This document shows positions 50,448-59,130 of a DNA stretch of 64,000 bases, piece after piece (within the stretch, counting starts at the first letter, position 1; every line of letters begins with the position of its first letter). Below the pieces are notes generated by a model that was not told where the DNA came from, made no database searches, and saw nothing but the letters and a program-made list of their open reading frames with translations. Source of the stretch: Treponemataceae bacterium. GTDB taxonomy: Bacteria; Spirochaetota; Spirochaetia; Treponematales; Rectinemataceae. The translations under genes and the position numbers were made by a program. The stretch spans positions 448,001 to 512,000 of the forward strand of contig CAXXHO010000003.1 in the NCBI GenBank assembly GCA_963667725.2, written 5' to 3'.

Positions 50448-53269
50448 TTTTTTGCTTTTTCAGGTTCAGGCGGGAGGAGCATGCCTTTTAGCCAGAAAGG
50501 TTGGTATTTTTTCAAATCTGTATTCGGAGTATAAATGATTTCTTTCCACTTTTCGTCGGTCATGCGCTCGCTGATGGGTTGTATAAATTCATAATAACTA
50601 AATACATAACCTACGGCGATGCGTTTTCCTCCCTGTTGATCGTTGAGTGGAATATAAATCCGGTAAGGTATCCCCACTCCTGTCTCTAATACAACTTTCA
50701 ATTCGGCATTTGTAAATACATCAGCAATGATAGCCATCTTAAGTTGATCAGCATCTTCAACATCTCCACCCTCTATATGGACTAAGACGAGACTTACGAG
50801 CTCTGCAGGTATCGTGGCAATCCATTTGATATCAGTTGCTGCAACAGGCTTGTCCGAGGCTTCTAAAGCCGCAATCTCTGCAGCTTTAGAATAGATTTCC
50901 TGTAGACGCCCAAATGTTTTTGCACTCTCCTCATCAAGCAATTCGTATGCATCAAGAACTTTTAGGAATGTTTGTATTGCGGTGGCTGAGCTTTGCCAGA
51001 AAGGAAGGTTAGGTTCAAGGTAATGAATAGGCTCAGGGATAGCCTCTGTGCGGAAGGTTGGCTCGAAATCACCATCCCCAGCTCGTTCCGCATATGTCTG
51101 CTTCGCATAGAGCAGGGTATCATGCCTGAGTTCAGACCATGTCCCATGGGAGGAAAGCATCGCCTTGATTCCCCATGCAGGACTTTCTGTGAAGTAAAAG
51201 CCAGCCCCAGGTTCGAACTGCGCTTGGGTTTTTACTTGGAAAAGTACATTGTTATAGTATGTCTGCTTCCAGAAGCTCGCATCGTAGGAATTAAATTCTT
51301 GCTCTAGGGTATCCAGTCTTTGATTGAGACCTTCCATTTTTGGGTAGTCTGATTGTTGAAGGAATGATTCTGCAGTATGTGATCCAAATGCTTTCATGAT
51401 ATCAAGTCCGCGCACTATATCTCGACTCATTAGTCTAGGAGGAGAGACTTGCTGATGAATCGCTGAGTCGTAGGTAAATCTTTGTCCAAAAAGTCTCCAA
51501 CCCATTGGAGGTTTTCGATCGATGCTCTTAATATCGCCTTGTTCAATTACATTTCCTGTACCTTCTGCTGGACCCCAGAAAACTGAACTACTAGAAATTG
51601 CAGGTGGCTTGAGCTTTTCATGAGCCCGCTCCATGAATGTAATAAGGTTATCCTTGTTCCCAGCCCATGCGTTAAATTCCTGCTTGCTTACGCTTTGCTC
51701 CTTCCAAAGCGGCATAATATCTTTAAAACTCAGGTCATCGGAGAGACCTATAAGGGCGGTAATGGGATCGAATAGATTGCACCAAGATTGATAGAGCGTA
51801 GTGTTGTTTTTTACTGTATCAGTAATTAGTAGGGCTATCGGTTCCATCGCTAAAGTAAGAGCAGTCGAGTCAGAAGACTGCCCGTTCTGTGAGCCGACGG
51901 GGACGGGGCCTGATCTAGCTATAAGAAAATGAATTCGGCCAAACCACATCATTGTGCGAAAATAGGCTGATAGCGCGCCGTTCTTTGTGTAATGCCCTCG
52001 AGGCTTATACTGAGAGTAATCCTCAAGAGACTGCGTCCCGTTTTTAAAAGTGAAGACACTAGAGTTCTCAAAACCTTCAGCCTTGTCCATTTTCACGATT
52101 TCATCACGGACTTCGGTGGGATACGCTGAAAGGACGGCATCTTTGTCTTTGTCCGTATAAGCGATAGTTCTTGGTTCCCATCTTTGCGTCGGCGCTACCT
52201 CAACTCGATCTGGTGCCAAATCTAGCAGAGCCTGAGCGACTTGGAAGTAGAGTATAGCTTTATCAAGGAATTCCTGATTACCATCGGTCCCCGACGTTCT
52301 CGCTCTAAGATCAGCAATGAAAGCTTCGTTCAGCTTTCTCAAGCGAGGCAGAAAAATGGCTTCCTCAATATATTGAAGGGTTCTGTCAAACATGAGATGT
52401 TGAGCATGTGACGCAAGATCTGTTGTTACAAATATAGGTGTCTGCCGATTCCAGCCTACTGGGTTATTTGTCTTACGGTGTTTTGAATAGAGGGCGAGCA
52501 TGTCATCGGGCATGGGATCGGATCTATATCCCCAAAGATCGTATTCGAGCTTGCTAACTTCCTGGAATGCGAGTTTGTCTCTCTCTAATCTTTCAGTAAC
52601 TTGGGTTGGAAGCTCATGATAGCCAACAATGGGGTAGAATGCTTCGTACTTCCCTCCAGTTTGGTATAAACGGGCTGAGATGCGATTTGCTTCATTCGTA
52701 TCATTCAAACCATAGAGGTCTGCACCGTATACAATCCCTTCTTTCCCGTTATATGTAGTTCTATAGAACCAATTCCAATTGTCTTGAAATGAGAACATAC
52801 CATAGCGTTCAGTATTATTAGGATCGACGATTTTATCTCCTATGAGAGGAATTATCGTTCCAAAAGGGATGGGGATCCCGGAAGGGAGGTTATGCAAATC
52901 TGCAGCGCTTTCGAGCGTAGCATTGGGATATAACACACATACTCTGCTCCCAACTACTGCTGTCGAACCTTCTGGTAAGTCTTGATCAGGCAATGATATG
53001 AATCTCATGGGATCGGCCAGGTAATTTTTATGAGCTTCTGTGTGGAATGGCTTAACATCGAACTTGAAGTCTTTAAAATCGCTAGAATCGAGTTTTACTA
53101 AAGTTACTTCGATGTCCTTTTTTTCGCCTTTGGAGGTTTCCTCTTGTGATACTGTCCTGGAGGATGTATCTGCCTGTGACTCGCGAACAGGAGATTTTTT
53201 TTGACAAGAGAAGAGTATCAAGGAAGTTAGAATAAGTATGATGAATGTCAAGCGGGGCAGTTTTTTCAT
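50444..53269 (-). CDS. DUF3160-domain lipoprotein
   Basis: Lipobox LFSC; PIFVTTD, EDYSQYKPRGHYT, YFRTMMWFGR, GQRFTYD, WSELRHDTLLYAKQ, GYVFSYYEF. Confidence 0.85.
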   Translation of the reverse strand: MKKLPRLTFIILILTSLILFSCQKKSPVRESQADTSSRTVSQEETSKGEKKDIEVTLVKLDSSDFKDFKFDVKPFHTEAHKNYLADPMRFISLPDQDLPEGSTAVVGSRVCVLYPNATLESAADLHNLPSGIPIPFGTIIPLIGDKIVDPNNTERYGMFSFQDNWNWFYRTTYNGKEGIVYGADLYGLNDTNEANRISARLYQTGGKYEAFYPIVGYHELPTQVTERLERDKLAFQEVSKLEYDLWGYRSDPMPDDMLALYSKHRKTNNPVGWNRQTPIFVTTDLASHAQHLMFDRTLQYIEEAIFLPRLRKLNEAFIADLRARTSGTDGNQEFLDKAILYFQVAQALLDLAPDRVEVAPTQRWEPRTIAYTDKDKDAVLSAYPTEVRDEIVKMDKAEGFENSSVFTFKNGTQSLEDYSQYKPRGHYTKNGALSAYFRTMMWFGRIHFLIARSGPVPVGSQNGQSSDSTALTLAMEPIALLITDTVKNNTTLYQSWCNLFDPITALIGLSDDLSFKDIMPLWKEQSVSKQEFNAWAGNKDNLITFMERAHEKLKPPAISSSSVFWGPAEGTGNVIEQGDIKSIDRKPPMGWRLFGQRFTYDSAIHQQVSPPRLMSRDIVRGLDIMKAFGSHTAESFLQQSDYPKMEGLNQRLDTLEQEFNSYDASFWKQTYYNNVLFQVKTQAQFEPGAGFYFTESPAWGIKAMLSSHGTWSELRHDTLLYAKQTYAERAGDGDFEPTFRTEAIPEPIHYLEPNLPFWQSSATAIQTFLKVLDAYELLDEESAKTFGRLQEIYSKAAEIAALEASDKPVAATDIKWIATIPAELVSLVLVHIEGGDVEDADQLKMAIIADVFTNAELKVVLETGVGIPYRIYIPLNDQQGGKRIAVGYVFSYYEFIQPISERMTDEKWKEIIYTPNTDLKKYQPFWLKGMLLPPEPEKAKK

Positions 53270-53575
53270 TTTTTTTCCTTATCTTTGCTGAACTCAAGGC
53301 TATCATGACATTTATATGCTGACAAGAATTTGTTGGTCTTGATAGTCTCATGAAAACCTTAGTCAAGTATGAAGCTTAATATTAGCATGCATCCTTCGCT
53401 CGCAACGGATGCCCCCCTTACCCCCTGAATCCGTAGTGTGGGAGTCAGCCGAAACGCTGCGGTTTACACTAAATAGCCATAGAGATTGCACCCCCCCCTC
53501 CCCATGGGTAAGAAGCTGCAGGAGGCGCCAGTCGACGCGAATGCATCGGCTTCAATCTGCTGTGGTCCGTGTCCT

Positions 53576-53758
53576 TCAGGTCGATATTGTTGGAGTATGC
53601 ACGACGATCCTGTCTTTCTTGGCCATAACGCGCTTCTTCACAGTGGTCACGGCGATCGAGATGAAGCTCCCATCATGAATCTGTATCTCCAGCTTGCCGA
53701 ATCCACGCTTTCGAGCGACTACTCTTAGTTCCTCGATACCCTCGTATTCCGGAGGGAT
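53576..53758 (-). pseudogene. Diverged copy of the 62-aa small ORF, start codon lost (ATC)
   Basis: Translates IPPEYEGIEELR...FGKLEIQIHDG...VTTVKK...KKDRIVVHTP, homologous to 57381-57569. Confidence 0.75.
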
Positions 53759-53770
53759 CGCTGTACCTCA

Positions 53771-53876
53771 ATCAATGTATGCGTAATAGTTCGCCGGCAG
53801 AGACAACCGCCTCATTATGCCCAGATTCTGCATGAAATTCAGAAATTTTCGAGCATTTCTGGCCTATTCGTCTTCA
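53771..53876 (-). pseudogene. Remnant of the rep gene 3' end
   Basis: EDE*ARNARKFLNFMQNLGIMRRLSLPAN matches the rep C-terminus EERVENARKLASFVQNLGKAKRVSLLAN. Confidence 0.75.
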
Positions 53877-53965
53877 GAAAGGTTTTGTTTTTTGAAGGGA
53901 ATTCCTGTTGGGTACTAAGCCAATGTCATGTTGACACTTCGCACCAAGAAAAGATTAATAGAATG

Positions 53966-54066
53966 TGGTGCAAAATCTGTGAAAATGGTACATAAATCGA
54001 TTACATGTACCAAAAATAAAAGATATGGTACAAATCCTTGACAAGTGTACCAAATAGATCAATACT
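53966..54066 (+). promoter_or_regulatory. Fic promoter with a 20-bp-periodic operator array
   Basis: TGGT(G/A)CA or TGTACCA at 53966, 53986, 54006, 54026, 54046; TTGACA at 54038. Confidence 0.7.
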
Positions 54067-54073
54067 GGGATAT

Positions 54074-55156
54074 ATGAAGTCCTTTGATCCCAGTAAACCG
54101 TATGATGCCCTTCCTCTTTTACCTCCCGATCGCTCTAGAGTTGAGACTATTGCAGTATTGCGCCAGGAAAATAAGGCTATAGCTGCATTAGCAGAATTAA
54201 AGGGCTTGGCTAATATTATACCTAATCAGTCGATACTGATAAATGCGATTGTGCTTCAAGAAGCTAAAGATAGTTCAGAAATAGAAAACATCATTACGAC
54301 AAAGGATGAATTGTATAAAGCTATTTCTTCAACTACAAAAAAATATGATCCAGCAACAAAAGAAGTAATGTTTTATAGGGAAGCATTATATGAAGGATTT
54401 AAGAAAATAAAAGAAAGAGATCTTTTATCCATGAATGATATTATTACTTTACAGCAAATATTGGTACAAAATAATGCTGGCATAAGGAAGTTACCTGGTA
54501 CTACATTAGCCAATGATAAGACAGGCGAGATTATCTATACGCCTCCTCAGAGTGAAGAAGCTATCAATTCGTTGACGGCCAACTTGGTTAAGTATCTTAA
54601 TGATGGTGAAGTAACCTTAATAAAGATGGCAATTTTGCATTACCAGTTTGAATCGATACATCCTTTTTATGATGGAAATGGAAGAACAGGACGGATAGTA
54701 AATATACTATATTTACTATTAAAGCAGTATTTAGATATACCAATACTTTACCTAAGTTCATATATAATAAAAAATAAGGAATTATATTACAAACTTTTGC
54801 TTGGTGTCACTAAAGATGAGAAATGGGAAGACTGGATTATTTACATATTAAAAGGAGTTGAAGAAACTTCCAGAGAGACTATTGTCAAAATAAAGCAAAT
54901 AAAGAATCTATTAGATAGAACGATAGAGAGAGTAAAAGAACAAGCTCCCAAAATATATTCTAAAGAGCTTGTTGAGACATTATTTGTAAATCCGTATTGT
55001 AAAGTCGAGTTTATAACCAGTTCGATTGGCGTAGAGCGAAAAGCAGCTTCAAGATACCTACATCAGTTAGTAGAAGTTGGAATACTCGAAGAATATAAGG
55101 TTGGAAAAGAAAATATTTTTATTAATAAGGATTTACTGGAAATCCTGAAAAAGTAA
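54074..55156 (+). CDS. Class II Fic-family protein (AMP transferase) with C-terminal HTH
   Basis: HPFYDGNGRTGR catalytic motif; N-terminal inhibitory SSEIEN. Confidence 0.93.
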   Translation: MKSFDPSKPYDALPLLPPDRSRVETIAVLRQENKAIAALAELKGLANIIPNQSILINAIVLQEAKDSSEIENIITTKDELYKAISSTTKKYDPATKEVMFYREALYEGFKKIKERDLLSMNDIITLQQILVQNNAGIRKLPGTTLANDKTGEIIYTPPQSEEAINSLTANLVKYLNDGEVTLIKMAILHYQFESIHPFYDGNGRTGRIVNILYLLLKQYLDIPILYLSSYIIKNKELYYKLLLGVTKDEKWEDWIIYILKGVEETSRETIVKIKQIKNLLDRTIERVKEQAPKIYSKELVETLFVNPYCKVEFITSSIGVERKAASRYLHQLVEVGILEEYKVGKENIFINKDLLEILKK

Positions 55157-55158
55157 AA

Positions 55159-55284
55159 AACATGACACACGCTTCAACCTTATAACGCTCTTTGTCACGC
55201 ATCTTGCGGGAAGAGTTCACAAGATGCGCGCCAATCCCTCGCTTCGCTCGGGAGCGAGTGGTTAAGGTTATGCCAACGATAGAC
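55159..55284 (+). repeat. attC-like integron cassette recombination site
   Basis: Starts 2 bp after the Fic stop; TTCAACCT...GCATCTTG/CAAGATGC...GCGCCAATCCCT...AGGTTATGCCAACGATAGAC imperfect palindrome of spirochaete attC style. Confidence 0.7.
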
Positions 55285-55478
55285 CGATAGCCGCCTTAAA
55301 AAACAGAAAGATTGAAATAACCTCTCCAATATTCAATCAAAATCGAGAAAGCACGATGTTTTTCATATAGCTGTCATTTTTTAAAATTATTTTAAAATAG
55401 GTCTTGTAAAGCATTTTTAATCAATATATCCCTTGTTTTAAGGATATCCCCTACATCTTAACAAAGGAAGTTGATTGT

Positions 55479-56456
55479 ATGAATCAGGAAAAAATCAAAG
55501 AGCTTGAAAAGACGATAAGCAGTGACTACAGCAATATTGCTGGCATTATTGTTCAAAAATGCGGCGTAAAATTATTTGAAAACTACTTTAATGGATATAC
55601 CGCCGATAAGGCCGTTCATATGTATTCGGTGACTAAAAGCGTTATTTCCGCGTTGATCGGTATCGCCATCGATAAAGGTTATATAAAAAGCGTAGACCAA
55701 AAGGTATTGGACTTTTTTCCCGATTACGTTGTCGTAACAGGTGAAAAAACAATACAGCACGTTACGGTCAAAAATCTTCTTACCATGACGGCCCCCTATA
55801 AATATAAGACGGAACCATACGTGGAGTTTTTCGCAAGCCAGAACCCGATTCTAGATGCACTCAATTTATTGGGCGGGGATGGAGTCATCGGGGAATTTAA
55901 TTATTCTGCCATCGGAGGAACCCATATTTTGTCAGGTATCCTTGTGAGGTCGACGGGACAGTCCATACTTGATTTCGCTATGAAAAACTTATTTTCTCCA
56001 CTGGGAATCAACGTTATGCACAATCTGGTGTTGCGTAGTAAAGAAGAACATTTCGCCGTTATGAATGATAAAAACACAAGTGGCTGGGTTGTTGACCCAC
56101 AAGGGATAAACACGGCTAGCTGGGGCCTTTTTTTAACGCCTGCGGATATGACAAAAATTGGTCAATTGTACTTAAATGATGGAACGTGGGGTGGTAACCA
56201 AATTATACCGACCGCGTGGATAAATGAGAGTACAAGAGAACATAGCCGATGCGTCCAATGGGGCAATCTAGCTTATGGCTATCTTTGGTGGATCATTGAC
56301 GGGGATAGCTATGCGGCTCTGGGCGATGGCGGCAATGTTATCTATGTCAATTCAAAGAAAGAAATTATTGTTTCCATCGCTTCGCTTTTCTTGCCAGAGG
56401 CCAAGGATAGAATAGAGTTTATTAAAAAATATATCGAACCAGTTTTTAAGGATTGA
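55479..56456 (+). CDS. Serine hydrolase, class C beta-lactamase-like (6-aminohexanoate-dimer hydrolase-like)
   Basis: SVTK (SxxK), LLTMT, FNYS, YGYLWW, ALGDGG. Confidence 0.88.
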   Translation: MNQEKIKELEKTISSDYSNIAGIIVQKCGVKLFENYFNGYTADKAVHMYSVTKSVISALIGIAIDKGYIKSVDQKVLDFFPDYVVVTGEKTIQHVTVKNLLTMTAPYKYKTEPYVEFFASQNPILDALNLLGGDGVIGEFNYSAIGGTHILSGILVRSTGQSILDFAMKNLFSPLGINVMHNLVLRSKEEHFAVMNDKNTSGWVVDPQGINTASWGLFLTPADMTKIGQLYLNDGTWGGNQIIPTAWINESTREHSRCVQWGNLAYGYLWWIIDGDSYAALGDGGNVIYVNSKKEIIVSIASLFLPEAKDRIEFIKKYIEPVFKD

Positions 56457-56563
56457 GAATAACGAATCCTTATTTACCGGGGAGATTGAAAGTATTATAC
56501 GAAGCAGGCGAGTTTAAATTTCATTATTGGTTTGTAGAAGTGTATTGATTTTCAGCGGGTAGA

Positions 56564-56650
56564 TTCAACCTGACTCGGCTATTGTCACAGTTTGTGCTTC
56601 TGGGTTATGCCCAGCACAAACTGTGACAATGTACGCCTCACAGGTTAGAT
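56564..56650 (+). repeat. Second, truncated attC-like site
   Basis: TTCAACCTG...CAGGTT outer stem; perfect 18-bp inverted repeat 56581-56598/56613-56630; ends GTTAGAT. Confidence 0.7.
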
Positions 56651-56746
56651 GATGGCTCCTTCATGAATCTGAACCTCCACCTTGTCGAATTCCACGTTTG
56701 CGAGCACCTTTCTCAGTTCCTCGATATCTTCGTATTCCAGGGTCAT
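56645..56746 (-). pseudogene. Truncated copy of the small ORF
   Basis: MTLEYEDIEELRKVLANVEFDKVEVQIHEGAII*, cut at the attC junction. Confidence 0.8.
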
Positions 56747-56948
56747 TGCTGCACCTCCCCGCAACTTGCCACGGGCTAGTTCGTTGGTGAAAAGGTAGGC
56801 GCGGCTGCCGTAAATTAAGGTACTGACATGGTTCGTTTCAATCAATCATCCCTTGTTTCCTCCAGAAAGTATACAAGATTGATACATACTGGAGGAGAAT
56901 GTGATTAAGTTGCATCTTGTGAATATGGAAGAACTCAAAGACTATTAC

Positions 56949-57058
56949 TCAATCAAGGTATGAGTAATAGTTCGCCGGCAGAGCCATCCGCTTCATTATG
57001 CCGAGATTCTGCCGAAATATAGTCAATTTCTTCAAGTTTTCGGTGCGTTTTTCCTCGA
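56949..57058 (-). pseudogene. Second remnant of the rep gene 3' end
   Basis: EEKRTENLKKLTIFRQNLGIMKRMALPANYYSYLD*. Confidence 0.75.
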
Positions 57059-57149
57059 TATTTTTCTACCATTGAAAAATGCTTCTGTACTCCAATGTTC
57101 CGAATACTCGGTACTTGAAAATATATACCTTGATAATGGAACATTCGGT

Positions 57150-57395
57150 ATGGCCAGCTCAAATTCCAAACTCATCGCGGCGTTCACCCAGTCCCCTGTT
57201 ATGCGTTCTCGGGATCTTGTGAAAGCCGGCATTCCTCGCATCGAGCTGTCGCGTGCCCTGGCCGCGGGACAGATTCGGAAGCTTGTTCGTGGGATCTATT
57301 GCCTGAAGGATTACCGACCAAGCGAGCATGGTGATCTCGCCCTCATCATAGGGAAGGCAATAGGTCATCTATGGACTGTACTAGCTTATCTTTGA
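57150..57395 (+). pseudogene. Truncated AbiEi-type (type IV TA) antitoxin N-terminal domain
   Basis: MRSRDLVKAGIPRIELSRALAAGQIRKLVRGIY wHTH signature; no C-terminal domain and no AbiEii toxin. Confidence 0.7.
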
Positions 57396-57569
57396 TGCCG
57401 CTGGAGTATGGACCACGATTCGATCTTTCTTCGGAACAGGCTTCTTCTTTACGGTTGTCACCGTCATCGAGATAATGGCTCCTTCATGAATCTGAACCTC
57501 TACCTTGCCGAATTCAACATTGGCGAGCGCCTTCCTCAGTTCTTCAATATCTTCGTATTCCAGGGTCAT
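57381..57569 (-). CDS. Small protein (YezD/DUF2292-like)
   Basis: FGKVEVQIHEG motif, GAGGAG RBS, three homologous copies in the window. Confidence 0.7.
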   Translation of the reverse strand: MTLEYEDIEELRKALANVEFGKVEVQIHEGAIISMTVTTVKKKPVPKKDRIVVHTPAASKIS

Positions 57570-57596
57570 CGATGCTCCTCACATGGTGTATATCTA

Positions 57597-59072
57597 TTAA
57601 TTTGCCAGCAACGAAACCCGCTTCGCTTTACCCAGATTCTGTACGAAACTCGCTAGTTTTCGCGCATTTTCTACCCGTTCTTCTTCGGGTATGTGCTCCT
57701 CATCGAAGGATATCCCCGTGCTCCAACGCTCAGGCGTGGTCCGTGGACTCGTTGATGTTGGAGAGGCTTGCATGAGCGAGAGGATCTCCTGGATGTTCTT
57801 CGTGAAGCTTATGAACGTGAAGGACCACTGTCGTTTCTCAAGAGGCGTCTCTTTCGGCATACGCTTCTGAGCGAACCAGAGTTCCCGCCAGTTCTCGAAG
57901 TAGTAATCCACCGCGCGCTGCGCGAGTGTGTTGTTCTTCCCTAAGGCTTCATAAAGCTCCTTTGCCGCGTGGTTTGCCCGTTCATCAGGAAGGAGCGTGA
58001 TCCCCGTCACTTGATTGTACTTTCTGAACCAATAGCCGGCGATCTTGAATTGGGGGAGTTCCGAAAAGATGATGGGCTCATTTGCCGACGCCCCGCGGGA
58101 TGAAGTCTCTTGGATTGGAGTCTGATCCTCACACGCGCGCGTCTTCTCTTCTTCTGCTTCTTTATATGAGTCTATATATGCAGGCGTGACATCGTGTGAC
58201 ATGTCACAAAACGGGAGGCGTGACGTCACGCGTGACATGTCCGTGACATCGACCGTGACATCGACCGTGACAGGGGGCGTGACATCAGCCGTGACATCGG
58301 GTGTGACATCAGCCGTGACATCGGGTGTGACATCGGATGTGACATTGGCTGTGACATTAGGCGTGACATTAGGCGTGACATTAGGCGTGACATCGGCGGT
58401 TCTTTCTCCCGATGCATCATGATCCTGAGGTTGCGTTCCTGCGAGCGCCTTCCTGCGTTCCCGCTCTCGCCGCTTGCGTTCGAGTGCGGAGGAATCACCA
58501 CCATCGGATGCAAATTGCCGCTTCTCCCATCCATGGATCCGGAACTCGTCCTGCTCGTCCGTCTCAAGCAGACCGGCGCCTTTCAACTGGGTGAGCGCTG
58601 TCTCGACCGCCCCGCCATCCATCCGCAGAAAAAAAGCAAGGTCTTCATTACCAGGCAGATAGCCTTCCCTGCCTTCTTCCTTCACGATGCACAGGAGGTT
58701 GATCCACGTCTTGAACAGGTCGCCGGGGAGCCGTTGTACCTTCGGATCGTTGTACAGCTCGACATACAGGCGAAGCCATCCGTAGGAAGCGCCATTCTGC
58801 CGCTCTTCCCAGTTGTGGATACACCAGGCACCTTCAGGATCGACATCAAGAAGCTTTGCCTCGTGAAGTCTTTCAAGGGCCAGCCTGGCTGCTTCTGGCT
58901 CCTTCCTGAGGTAGTACGCGATATCCTCGAGTGGCGGAAGCCGCCCGCTCGTGTCCTTGTTCTTCGCGATGCACAAGAGGTTTATCCATGTCTTGAACTG
59001 CTCTCCCGATACTCTCTGAACCTTTGGCTTGTTCGGAATATCCGTGTAGAGTCTGAACCATGGCTGTTGCAT
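57597..59072 (-). CDS. Phage-type replication initiator / replisome organiser with duplicated N-terminal domain
   Basis: Two tandem W(F/L)RLY...PKVQR...FKTWINLLC...IH(N/G)WE domains, ERKRRERERRK, internal xxVT repeat region. Confidence 0.78.
   Translation of the reverse strand: MQQPWFRLYTDIPNKPKVQRVSGEQFKTWINLLCIAKNKDTSGRLPPLEDIAYYLRKEPEAARLALERLHEAKLLDVDPEGAWCIHNWEERQNGASYGWLRLYVELYNDPKVQRLPGDLFKTWINLLCIVKEEGREGYLPGNEDLAFFLRMDGGAVETALTQLKGAGLLETDEQDEFRIHGWEKRQFASDGGDSSALERKRRERERRKALAGTQPQDHDASGERTADVTPNVTPNVTPNVTANVTSDVTPDVTADVTPDVTADVTPPVTVDVTVDVTDMSRVTSRLPFCDMSHDVTPAYIDSYKEAEEEKTRACEDQTPIQETSSRGASANEPIIFSELPQFKIAGYWFRKYNQVTGITLLPDERANHAAKELYEALGKNNTLAQRAVDYYFENWRELWFAQKRMPKETPLEKRQWSFTFISFTKNIQEILSLMQASPTSTSPRTTPERWSTGISFDEEHIPEEERVENARKLASFVQNLGKAKRVSLLAN
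58186..58392. repeat. Iteron-like tandem repeat inside rep (putative origin)
   Basis: GTGACA at an exact 12-bp period, 13 copies from 58243 to 58387, plus off-phase copies at 58186, 58196, 58232. Confidence 0.85.
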
Positions 59073-59130
59073 ACGACGCTCCTTCTCTCTTTCCGTTCCT
59101 TCCGTTACCGTCTCCGAAATTGACCCTTGC

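Noticed and set aside
53390..53560. C-rich tracts as a cos/oriT-like site
   Set aside because: No recognisable consensus and no terminase or relaxase in the window
54038..54073. TTG start for Fic
   Set aside because: It is the -35 box; ATG 54074 is more plausible
53900..56650. Complete integron
   Set aside because: No intI or attI visible; only attC-like sites
58186..58392. Tandem repeat as a CRISPR array for the Cas7-like gene
   Set aside because: 12-bp period with no spacer-length unique sequence, and it lies in frame inside rep; fits iterons
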